A stretch of DNA of 64,000 nucleotides from Cyanophora paradoxa CCMP329 (lineage: Eukaryota > Plantae > Glaucophyta). Of the stretch, positions 1 through 11,565 are shown piece by piece. Below the pieces are notes generated by a model. That model did not search any database. It was not told where the DNA came from and was given only the letters and a program-made list of their open reading frames with translations. The stretch spans positions 21,558-85,557 of the forward strand of contig QPMI01000454.1 of the NCBI GenBank assembly GCA_004431415.1. The letters run 5' to 3'. Made by a program: the position numbers and the translations under genes. How positions within the stretch are numbered: position 1 is the first letter of the stretch; the number at the start of each line of letters is the position of its first letter.

Positions 1-3000
1 GCGCGCGACCTGGTCATGGGCGAATCGTTAGAAGCAGAATATATTTGCTTGCAATGGGTTTAATCGCATCGAATGAAATGGAATTCACATCAAGGCGAGC
101 TCGCGATCGCCATCGCCGATGTCACTGGAACCCCGCGCTGCCGGAGACTGTGCATGTGCCCGCATCATGCTGATGCATCGGGCGAACGATTTTGCCGCGT
201 CCATGTGCCGCTTGCGACGTAGGCTGGCATCACGCTCTGACTCTGTCGGTCGCGAGCACCATCGGTTAAAATTTTTATTTCAAATGCAGCATTGCAATCA
301 ACCCGCACCGGCATTGGAGATCTCCCACTCCGCCTCTGCAAACTACGCCAAGCTCTCCTCGTTGGCGTTCCGGTAGGCTCGAGCCGCCATCTCGTACGTC
401 TGGCGCTCGAAGAGCTGGTCTCCCAGGCGCTTCCAGTCACTCGGCGCCCTCCCAGTATCACGCTGCCATGCGACGCCTCGCTTCTCGCCGCTCTCGACGG
501 TCTGCGCACCAATTCGCCACGACATCGAACATCAACGAGGAGATGCTTTTTACCTGGACAACCTTTGCGTCGATGAAAAGCTGGAACATAGGCTTTCGGA
601 CGTTCGAATCGTCGTAAACCCTGCGGACAGAGTTGGCGTCATTAGGTTTTAGTAGACTAGGGCCGCGAAAAGCCGATTGCAAGCACCAGATCGATGTGAT
701 CGCGCGGGTGATGGAAGTGTACAGCTACGCGAACAGAAGATCAACGGCCAGAAGATCAGCGGCACGATCTATAAATATCCTGCATTGGGAGGGAATTCGA
801 ATGCGCATGCGTAGCCGCACCAGCTTCAGCGCTGCCGCCACGAGCCGGTTGGCAAGCGGATCGAACGGTTTCCCGCGTTTCGCTTTGACGCGTCTCTCCT
901 GAAAAGACACACGACAATACCGATTATTGCGAGCACGCGCATGCAAACGCACGAAACTGACTGACCTGCGAGGGCCGGCCGGCGGCCTCGTCTGCGCGCT
1001 TCAGCACCTCTTCCTCCGCCGCCGAGACCGCCTCCTTCCACATCGGCTCGTCGGGCATCGCGGCATCCGCAAAGAAGTTGAAACTGAGACGGGAGCTCCA
1101 TGTCAGCGATATCGATGATGGAAACAGAGATTTTTGCGCGGAGCCGTCGCACAGGAGAACGTCCTGAAACTCGAGGCCCTTGGCTTCTTCGACGGTCAGG
1201 ACAACAGCCGCTCCCAGGAGCTCGTCGAGCTGCTTAATGCGCCCCCTCTTTTGCTCCTCGCGGATGATGACGACTTGATCCGCGCCGAAGGACCTTTTCC
1301 CTTCAACGTCAGCAAAGAGAAACGACATCAGACTTGGCTCGTCGGATCCCAACACGAGCAGTGGCGACGGGCCGTCGCGCATTCCTGACGAATGCAGATC
1401 AAAAGGCGATGAAAGCGAATTGATAGCAACGATCGCGATGCCTAAAAGACAGACCTGCGTCCCGCGGCAGATCTTCGTCGAGCTCCTTAGGGAACAGAGT
1501 CTGAAGCATGTCGACCGCAACAGCCGCGCAGCTGAGCGTTCTGTGATGCGACCGGTAGCTCTGGTCATGACGAACGTCAGCGAAAAGGTCAGCAGCCGAC
1601 TGGCATCCTCAAATTTATTAGTATCAAACAAAATACGAACGAGTGAGAGGTTGAGGCGGCGGAACTGGCTGCGGCTACTCGGGAAAAGGTTGTGGACAAT
1701 CGCCTGTAGGTCGCAGAACCGGATCCCGGAAGACAAGGCCGCTGGCGACGGTCTGGCACGTGTCGCCGCAGAAGAAGAGGCCGCTGAGGTCTGCGGCAGC
1801 GACGGACACGACACCCAGCTCCGCTGCCGTAAAGTCCTGCACCTGCGGAGCTCGAGTGCCATGCGATCGCGATGAGCTCGAGAACTCGGTTGCTGAAAGA
1901 CATCGGACCTCGTCGATGATGATCTCATGCAAATGAGCCCCGTGAAAGCCGTCCTTCTTTATCCCGTGGTAAATGTGATGCACAACATCCTGCAAAAGAT
2001 GTGTAAGCCCGGTTTCGATTCTGAAAAAATGGCGATTTCAGAGAAGATGAGCGTGGATCACCGTGATGTCGTATTTGTACTTCTTGTCTTGGGCCTTCAG
2101 GTCGCGATACCGCTTGTACATGTCGTGCACAGCCCGCCGTTGGTCATCGTTCGCCATGCGTGATCGCGTCTTCCCCATTTCTTGGTACTTCTTCAAGCTC
2201 ACGTACCCCTGCGGATCGCAGAGGCTCTCCGCACTCCCGCTGCGCCGCATAAAAAAATTAATCGAAATGCAGGAAATGCAAGGCGCCCAGGGGCCGGGAA
2301 GCTTACGCGAGCAGCGAGAGGAACTCGGTCCAGCACAGCAGCGCGTGCAGCTGCAGGGCCTGCCCGCTGGCCGCGGCGCCCTTGGGGAGCAGGCGGGGCC
2401 AGAACCTCGTCTCGAAGATCTCGTAGTCGATTTCTTCGCATTCCGCGTTCTGCTGAGGGAGGAAAGGCCGCTGCAGCATGCCGTTGAGCAGCCGAAGCCA
2501 CGTGCGGCGGGATACTGCGAACAAGATCAAGATTAAGACTGGGACATTTCAAATACAAAATGCAGCAGCTGGAGCAAATGCAACCTGTCGTACACGAACG
2601 CACCGAAGAGTGGGTACATGTCGTCCGTGACCGCTGCGAGGGAGGCGACGTCGGCAAGCTCGCGGTCCCCCGACCCGATCAGCTGGTCCGCCTCCGCCTG
2701 CCACTCTCGATCCTGCTCCGGGGCGAGCAGCACGTGCTTCGGCTCCTGACCACGAGTCGTCGTGCACGTGCACGTGAGCGGTGCCGATATCGGTAGCTAG
2801 CGCTCTAGAGAACCGTAGATATCGATGGGAAATGTAATTGAAATAGATCGATTATGAAGCCGCACCATGCTGCTCAAGTCCTTTCGGACCTTGTCGAGCA
2901 ATGGGCCGCTCTTCGTGATGTACACGGCACGCAGGTGGCCGGAGGGAAAGAGAGATGTTCCACGGCCAAGATACCAGTATGCGTGCTCGAGCACCCACAA

Positions 3001-4828
3001 CCTGCAGAGCATGAATAAACACACATTAGATTCTAAACACGAGCAGAATAAGCACACCGTGTGATCGCGCATGCCGTCTTGCCAGTGCCGCTTCGGCCGC
3101 TTACAGCCAGCGGACCGTTCGCGCAGATGATTTCGAGCTCATCTCTGCAAGCCGAATGAAAACGGCACGTACGCGTACGCTTCTATAATCCGTAAGCGTG
3201 CGCACCTGATAGCCTTTCGCTGGGCCGGCGAGAGGTCGGGATGCGCCTCGCGGCCAGCCAAAACCCATCTTGCAAGCTGCTCAGCAAGTGCTTTCACTTG
3301 CCTCAGTACAGGGAGATCTGCGCGTGCTTTCCGTAAATTGAAGCGATGATCAATGCGGACCCGCATGTGTTGGGACGGACCCGCTTGCGCCACGTCGCTA
3401 GCCTTGTCCTCGCGTCTGTTGTCTGGCACGACTGGTGCGAGTGCGTCGAGACGGAGCGTGTAGTTCGGGTCAACCACCCCTGGCTGCTGGTCGCGATCGG
3501 GACACGCCTGTCCGGGCGGCAGCTGCAGCTGTCGCGGCCGCCGCGTGGCGCCAGGAACTGGACGGCGCGGCGGGGGTCGCGGCCATGTGGCGGATCGGAG
3601 AGCCATGCGCCTGCGGAAGTCGTCCGAGATCTTGGAGACAAGCCGCCCGACCTTGTCGTGGTGCCGTACACCCCTGCATGCATGCGCGTTAGGCGCGATT
3701 CAGCTCCAAATCATTGAAGCTGAAAGCAGCACGGCACCAAATTACGATTTTATCGCGCCAGCAGTTGTATAGATCCGACCAGCCCCATACCTGCGCATGC
3801 ACGACGATCATCATAATCATCGAACGTCAAAATGAAGCGCTAGAGGAGACTCGGATTCGCAATTGAGCTTAATATCCGGCTAGGTATAGAACGACGAGGA
3901 ATCCTACATGTACAATCGCGAACCTCTTCCCACAGCAATCGGTACCCGCGGACTTCATTGCTGTCCCCCATGTAGCTCTCGAAGAGCCCCAGCCCGTCCA
4001 CCGCCTACGATGTCGACCGCACGCGTCAGTCATATTAGAGGCCGGCGGCGCCCGCGACCGGGCGCATGCGCTCATGCGCACGTGTTCCAAAGGCTTCGCG
4101 TGATTGACGCGCGATCGCTCTTCTCGACCTTCGATGAAGAGGCGCATGAGACGCAGGCCAGCGCGTCTGATCGAATGCCCGAGATTGCGCCAGTTTCTGA
4201 AGCATGTTTGCGCGATCTCGATCTCCCTGACATGGCTTGAGCATACGTGCATACAGACGGCTTAAGCGGCACACGGCGGAGCTCACCAGAGGTGTCGCTC
4301 GCTGGACGCGGCGTCCCTCAGCAGGCGCGCTTGAATCTCTGCAACGACCGCTCGCAGATCCACGTCGCCCTCGGCAAGCAACGCGTTCAACGCATCGCCC
4401 GCAGCGTTTTCTGCTCGAGCTTCTTCGTCCGGATGGGCTGGATCGACTGGATCGACCTCGATGCGCAGGCGAGAGAGTCCGGGCAGCTGCAGCTGTAGCT
4501 GCCCGTCCGCTGCGTCCGCTTGCGACTGCTGGGCCTGAAGGTACTCTAGGGGGTCTTGCATCATCGCGGAGCACGCCAGACTGGGCTCGGGCGCATCTGG
4601 ATCTGCGCATGTGACCTGCTCAGCGACCGCGAGCGTTGCGCTCTTGAACCAGAAGCGCGTACTTGCCCCGTCCGCTTCGCCCGTCGCCCACTTCGCCTTC
4701 GAGCCCGGCCGGCTCACGCGCACTCCCGGAGCTAGCACTGTGTTTCGCGGACGTACCCCCTCGCCCGGCCCCCGCCCCCCTTCTCCTGCCTCCCCATGGC
4801 CAAGCTTTCTCATGCGCTTCGAATTCAT
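1..4828 (-). pseudogene. TRANK1: TRANK1-like UvrD/SF1 helicase with TPR-like C-terminus; multi-exon, apparently disrupted; runs off the left edge; 5' limit uncertain (core 1-~3480)
   Basis: Spliced exons give Walker A PLAVSGRSGTGKTACAITRLW (~2995-3120), LRAVYITKS, LHEIIIDEVQDFT, FFCGDTCQTV, YRSH, TVEEAKGLEFQDVLLFNFF and LYTSITRA, in the motif order of TRANK1-family helicases. Lesions: 7-nt frameshifting insertion at ~1724-1730 and in-frame TAG at 343-345. Confidence 0.75.
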
Positions 4829-4860
4829 GTTTGAGGCCCGCACAAACGCACGCGCCCTCG

Positions 4861-7103
4861 CTACAAGAACATGGGGCTGTAACGCCCCGTGGGCCCCGAG
4901 AGGAAGGGGCTCGAGCTCCCCGCCGTCCGCAGCTCCCGCAGGACGCCCACCGAGAGCGGGCGCGGCTCGGGCCAGGGCCCCGCCGGCGTCAGCAGCCGGT
5001 GCGCCGGCGGGAACGAGGCGTCCAGCCGCTCTGGGCGAACGGGGGGCGTCCGGATTCGGTAGACGCCCCGCGACTCGTCCAGCTCGCGGGCCCAGCCCCG
5101 CGCCAGCGCCGGCTCCTGCCGGCCGGGGCGATCGGCACGAGGTTCGAGGGCGGTAGGGCGGGCAGGGAGGGGCGGGGCGGGGCGGACCTCGTCGGCGGGC
5201 GTGTGCACCCAGGGCTTCGCGGTGGGCGAGGCGGAGCGGCCGCCCGGGGGCGAGGGCGAGCGCGCCCCGGGGCCCGAGCGCGGCGGCGGCTGGCCCTGCG
5301 CGCCGGCCCGCGGGAGGGCGCTGACGGGGAGGGCGCGGGCGGCCTCCAGGGCCACTGCGAGCCGTAGATGCGGTTGATGGCCTTGGGCAGCTGTCCGTGA
5401 CTCCGCTTCGCCCGCAGCGCCGGCAGCGCCGTCCCCACCCCCGCCGCCCCGCCCGCGCCTGCGGGCTCCCGCCGCCGCCCTCGAGCGGGGGCCCCTCCTC
5501 GGCAATCGTGCGCGGGGGCGGCGGCTCGTCGCGCGAGTCGGCGGCGCCGCCGCCGCCTGCGGGGGCGGAGGCGAGGGAGCGGTCGCTGCCCCAGCGGGCG
5601 AGGCCGGCGGCGGGGCTCTCCGTCCCGAGCCCGAGCCCGGGTCCGAGCTGAAGCTCGAGCCCCGCGGCGGGCCGTTGCCGCGCCCGCCCCTGCGGAGGCC
5701 GGCGGCGCCGCCGGCGGGCCCCGCGGGCCGCGCCGCGCCAGGTCCGACTGCGCCGCCAGCAGCACCGCCCGCCCGCCCCTCTGGCCCCTCCGGGCTCCGG
5801 TCCGCCCCGCCCTGCTGCCCACCGTCAGGCCGAAGTGGATGAAAGGGGCGCAGCGGCGCGGCGCGCCTTGGGCGGGGGCCGTGGGAGCGGGCGCGGGCGG
5901 GCCCGGCTCCGGAGGCGGGGGCGGGGTCGCCGTGCCAGCCGCGAGAGGCGGCGCGCTGGACGGCGTCGACGACGGCGGCGAGGACGGGGGCGGGGCGTGC
6001 GCCAAGCGCGAGGGCCTCCCCGCCGAGCGCGCCCCCGCGAGGCGGCTCGCCTCCGACGCCCGCCGCTTCTGCCACTGCCCGTGCAGCTCCGCCGTCCGCG
6101 CCTGCCCGCCCGCACCGTCAGACCGTGCGTCGGAATCGCGCGGAGAATCGCGCACCTCGTCGGTCTCGAACTCGAACTCGCTGCGCGTGCTCGGCGGCCT
6201 CGGGCCGAGGCCCCGGCCCCCTCCTCCCCTCCGCCTCCCTCGCCGCCTCCGCCTCCGCCTCCGCCGCCGCCTCCGCCTCCGCCGCCTCGGCCTCGGCGGC
6301 GAGCTCGGCGGCGGCCGCCTCGGCGACGGCGGCGGCGACGCGGCTCAGGCGGCTCCACGCCGACGCCGAGAGGTCCCGCTCCAGCGCGCCCGCCGCATCT
6401 TCGCCCGCCCCGCCCGCCCCTCGCCGTCGCCGCCGCCGTCCACCGGGCCTCCTGACCGGGCGGCGGGGCCACCGCCACCCGCTCCGCGTCCGCTCCGCCG
6501 TCGCCGGCGGCCGCGGCTTCCGGGACGCCCTCCGCCGCTTGCTCCCCCGGCGGTGGCTGCGGCGCGTCGGCCGCGCTCGGGGCGACCTCCGGCACGGCCG
6601 CGGCGGCGGGGGCGGACCGCGCGGGGGCGGGGCCCCGCGGGCCGGCTGCGAGGCCCGGCGGAAGTGGGCGGCGGCGCGGGCGGAGGCGGCGGCGGCGAGC
6701 AGCGCGGGGCGCTCGAGGGGCGCGTCGGAGTTGGCCCGCACGAGCGCCCCCGCGATCGCCGCCGGCGTCGCCGCGGCAACCACCGTCGGGCTCTGCCGGC
6801 GGCGCCTCAGGCGCGACGGGAGGCGAGCGACGGGGCCGCCCGGTTGAGGGAGCGCACGGAGACGAGGGGGAGGGAGACAAGGACGGCGTCGGCCTCGGGG
6901 TGGCCCTCGAGGCCGGCCAGCACCTCGAGCACCCACCGCACCTCCACGAACGACGACGCGAACGGCCGCAGGCGCGCCGGCACCCGCAGGCTCACCGCCA
7001 GCGACCGCTTCGTGTACGTCTCGTGGATCTGCAGGGGGCGCCCCAGCCTCAGCCGCCCTGGAAGCCGAGCGGAGTCGAATCGGGGCGGGGCGGGTGTGTG
7101 TGT

Positions 7104-7148
<45 letters not shown>

Positions 7149-10100
7149 GCGGGCCTTATGGTCGAGGGCGCCGTGGAGGGGCCGGTCGGCGAGGAGGCGC
7201 TCTCGGCGGAACTTGAAGCCGAGGCCGGCCACGTCCACCACCTCCCGCACCCGCGCCCGCACTCCCGCCAGCTGCGCCCCGCCCCCTCACGCAGGGCCGG
7301 GCGGGGCGGCGAGGTGGAGAGGGCGGAGCGCGCCTTTGCGCGGGACCAGCTGGCGAGGTCGACGAGGACGGAGACGTGGCCGCCCGGCTGCGCGGGCCCC
7401 TCCCCGAGCCGCACGCTGCGCCCGGAGAGTCGGAGGGCTGCGCAGGGCAGCGGGGGGTGGCGTGGGGAGGCGGGGGCACCTGAGGCTGACGGACGAGGCG
7501 CCGTACGAGCGAGTCGCCTGCGGGAGACGTAAGGGGCGGATGGCGAGAGCGGGGCGGGGAGTGGCGGACCGAGGCGGCGGGGGCCTGCTTCGGCAGGTCC
7601 CGCCGCGGTTGCAGCGCCCCCTCCTGCGCCACGCTCGGCCCCGGCGCGGCGCCACGCGGCGGGGCGCGGCGGAGGGGCGCGCACGGGGGCGGCGACGGGG
7701 AAGTAGAAGGGGAGGGAGAGGACGGGGCCCGGGCCCGGCGCGGCCGCCCCGTCGGGGCCAGCCTCCTCGGGAGCACCCTCGAGGTGGACCATGAGGGCGT
7801 ATCTGCGGGGCGGTCAGCGGCGGGGGCGGGGCGGGGGCGGCGCGGGCGGGGCGCGCGTGGCGCGGAAGCCGCCGAAGCCGGTGAAGGTGGGGTGGAGGCG
7901 GGGCGGGAGGGGGAAGGAGAAGGGGAACTCGACGGGGGCCGCCTCCACGCCGACCTCCTCGAGCGGCGCGAGCGGCGCCCCCGCCATCCGCCGCACGTAG
8001 TGCTCGTGCGCGTAGTTCCACACCGGCTGCTCGTTCGCCAGCGCCACGCCTGCCCCCGCCCGGCGGCGCATCAAAACCAGAGACGAGAGAGGCGGGAGCG
8101 CTAGCGGAGGCGGCGCACAGTCGCCCTTGGCGGAGACGGCGACGCCGCCCTGCGCCGCCGCGGGGTCCAGCCCTGCGGCCCCGCCCCGCCCGCGGTCAGA
8201 CCAGGGGCGGCGGGCGGGGCCGCGGGGGAGCTCGCCGGAGCCGGCGCCGTAGGCCGCAGCGCGCTTCACGCCGCGCGGCGGGTCGAACGACTGCGCGGCA
8301 TCCAAGGCGTCACTCGAGGACAGCGGCCGGAGAGGCCGGGTCGAAGAGAGGGCGCGGGCGCACGTAGAGGGCGATGGGGACGGCGCGGATCTCGGCGAGC
8401 TGGCGCTTGCCGCAGAGCCGCACGACGAGGCGCCCGGTGACGGCCGCCGTGAAGCTCGGCGCGTCCCACTCGACGCTCACGTCGCCCCGCGCCAGCGGGT
8501 GCCGCGCCTCCTCCTCCGCCGCGTCCACCTCCCGCTCCCGCGCCGCCCGCGCCGCCTCCACCACCCCCGCCAGCCCCGCCCCGGCCCGGCCTTCCTGCCC
8601 CGTCCCCACCGCCTGCACGGCCGCCTGCGCGCGCGCGCCGCACGACGTCAGCGGCGCCGGGCGGCGGAGGCCGGGCGAGCCGAGCGCGCCCTGGCGATGG
8701 AGGGGCGGGCAGCGTCGGTGGCGCGGCGGCCGGCGACGGCGCGGGCGTGCAGCTCGTCCGTCGCCTCCGCGTTCGCCTCGAAGCGGAAGTCGCTCCGCGC
8801 CGTCTGCGCCGCCGACGCCGGCCGGCCGCCTCGCCCCCTCGCCCCCTCCGCCTCGCCGCCCTCGCCCGCGCCCGCCCCACCGCTCGATCAGCGTCTCCTC
8901 CGTCGCCCCGAACGTGATGCCCGCCGCCGCGGCGCCGCCGCCTCCGCCTCCGCCTCCCGGGGAGGCGCCGCCTCCTCCCGAGCGCCGCGGCGACGGCCGC
9001 GTGGAGCGCCTCGACGACGGCCGCCTCCTCCGACGCCGACGACGCGCGCCGCGCGGGGCGCGCCTTCTCCGTCTCCGCCTCCTCCTCGGCCTCGGCCTCG
9101 GCCTCCCCGGGCTGGGGCGCGGGGGCGGGGCCGGCGGGGCGGGTGACGGTGCCGCCGGCGGGGGAGATGTCGAAGGCGAGGAGCGCGTCGGCCGCCTCGG
9201 GCGGCCCCGGCTCGATCTCCGGCGGGCCCTCCTCCTCCCCGGCCCCGCCCCCCACCGACCCCGTCGACGAGGAGCGCGGCGGGGCCGCGGGGCGCCTGCC
9301 ATCGGGGCTCCCCACCGATCCCGTGGAGGAGGAGCGGGGCGGGGCGGCGGGGCGCTGGCCCCGCGCCGCCTGCTTGAAGACGTGCGCGGCGCGCGCCGTG
9401 GCGGCGGCGGCGGCGAGCGCCGGGCGCTCGACGGGCGTCTCGGCGTTCGAGCGCTTCAGCGCGGCGGCGAGCTGGGAGGGGGTGGCGGGGGCGAAGGCGG
9501 CGGGGCTGGTGACGAGGGGGAGGGAGACAAGGACGGCGTCGGCCTCGGGGTGGCCCTCGAGGCCGGCGAGCACCTCGAGCACCCACCGCACCTCCACGAA
9601 CGACGACGCGAACGGCCGCGCCCGCGACGGGATCCTGCGGCCGGCCGGCCGGTCGCCCCGGGACCGTGCAGCAAGCGAGGCGAGGCGAGGCGGGGCGGAC
9701 CGGAGGTTGAGGGCGAGGCTCTTCTTGGTGTACGCCTCGCTCAGCTTGCCGTCGCGCGCCCCCGGGACCGCCCCCTCCCGCAGCACCCGCTCCCGCCGGA
9801 ACTTGAACCTGCCCGCCCCCCGGCCTCGGCCCCCGGCCCCTGCCCTGGCCCCGGGCGCGGGGCGGGGGCGCGGACCCGAGGGCGGAGACGTCTACGACCT
9901 CGCGGATGCGCAGCTTGAAATCCGCCACCTGCGCGCGGGCCGCCGGCTCGGGGGCGCGGCCCGCGGGCGGAGGCGCGCGGGGCGGGCCGGGGGCGGGCGG
10001 GCCCTGGCGCGGGACCAATTGGTGAGGTCGAGGAAGGCCACGATGGTCTGCCCGGGCTGCGGGTGCGGCGTCGAGAGCCGCACGCTGCCAGCGGAGTCAG

Positions 10101-11281
10101 CTGTGGCGGGGCCGGCGGGCCGGCGGGGCGAGGCGCGCCCGAGGCTGATGGAGGCAGCGCCGTAGGAGCGCGTGGCGGAGGCGGCGGGGCCTGCTTCGGC
10201 AGGTCACGCCGCGGCTGCAGCGCCCCCTCCTGCGCCACGCTCGGCCCCGACGCCGCGCCGCGCGGCGGGGCGGGGCAGGGCTAAGCGCGCACGGGGGCGG
10301 CGACGGGGAAGTAGAAGGGGAGGGAGAGGACGGGGCCCGGGCCCGGCGCGGCCGCCCCGTCGGCGCCGGTCTCCTCGGGGGCGCCCTCGAGGTGGACCAT
10401 GAGGGCGTAGCTGCGGGGCGGTCAGCGGCGGGGGCGGGGGCGGGCGGGGCGGGCGGGGCGCGCGTGGCGCGGAAGCCGCCGAAGCCGGTGAAGGTGGGGT
10501 GGAGGCGGGGCGGGAGGGGGAAGGAGAAGGGGAACTCGACGGGGGCCGCCTCCACGCCGACCTCCTCGAGGGGCGCGAGCGGCGCCCCCGCCATCCGCCG
10601 CACGTAGTGCTCGTGCGCGTAGTTCCTGGACCCGCGTCAGCGCCGGTCAGGGCGCATGGGCGGCCTCGCGCGGACCAGATCGCGGCCTCATTTGCGAGCG
10701 CGACGCCTGCGCTGCAACGTCAGCCAAGCCCGAAGGCGCGGCACGGCGTCTGCAGCTGTCGGAGGCGGGCGGCGCTCACAGTCCCCGAGGCCAGAAGATG
10801 CGACGCCCGTGCCCTTGTCGCCCGCTGCGCAAGCATACAAATGTTCAGCCATCACCGCAACGCCTGCCGGAGCCGCGTTGGGCGCTCTAGCTAAAGAGGC
10901 TGAGCCCGCTTAAAAGCTTAAGCGTGGCCAGCTGGCAGCCGCAGCGCTGAGAGCTGAGAGCAGCGCGCCCGCACCCTCCTTGCTTGCGTATCCAGGAGCT
11001 CGCTTCACCCCGCGGGGCGGGTCGAAGGCCTGGGTGCGGCGGGAGTTGAACTCAGCGCCAGCGCGACCGGGTTCCGGGCGGCGTGCGGGCGAACGCACGT
11101 AGAGTCCTAGAGGGACAGCACGGATCTCGGCAAGCTGCCGCTTGCTGCGGAGGTGCACCACAATCTTGCCACTAACGCTGGACGTGAAGCTCGGACCGTC
11201 CCAAGCCACCTCGACATCCTCATCAGCGAGAGGCTCGAAGCCCAGCGCCGAGCTTGAGGGACCCGGGCTGCTGCTCGACAT
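4861..11281 (-). CDS. Arrestin-fold protein with two tandem arrestin N+C modules and low-complexity linkers (multi-exon; could be two adjacent paralogs)
   Basis: Each module has DV(E/S)VxWDxPSFTxxVxGx(I/L)VVxL, then EFPFSFPLPPRLHPTFTGFGGFRATYALMVHL (Arrestin_N-like), then PGQTIVAFLDLTNWS...RPFASSFVEVRWVLEV (Arrestin_C-like). Module 1 ~9500-11230, module 2 ~6860-8500. I found no clear stop between modules after splicing, but the GC-rich linker frame is ambiguous. Confidence 0.6.
7094..7146 (+). repeat. (GT)n microsatellite followed by a poly-G run inside an intron
   Basis: Directly visible; absent from the equivalent region of the other arrestin module. Confidence 0.9.
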
Positions 11282-11565
11282 CGCCCTGCAGCTGCGGGCC
11301 TGCGGCTCCTCGTCGAGTGCAAGGCCAACCTCAGCGTGACACGCTACCCCCCAAGCTGCAGCCTAAGCCTCCGCCTCCCGCAGTGACGAGCGAACTCGAG
11401 AATTCGATCTGGAAAAAGCTGCTCTCAGCACTCGTATAAACGCTAACGAGCCTCAGGGAGAACTGCCGCGCTAAGAAACTGCCGCGCTACACACTTCGTC
11501 CCTGCGAACTCGACTGCGGAAAAAGCTCATACATGTACAGGCGTCAACTGAACCGGGGGCGGGGC

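Noticed and set aside
343-345. TAG reassignment (alternative genetic code)
   Set aside because: Other genes here end in TAG (e.g. 11566, 18292, 22727), and the same gene also has a frameshift.
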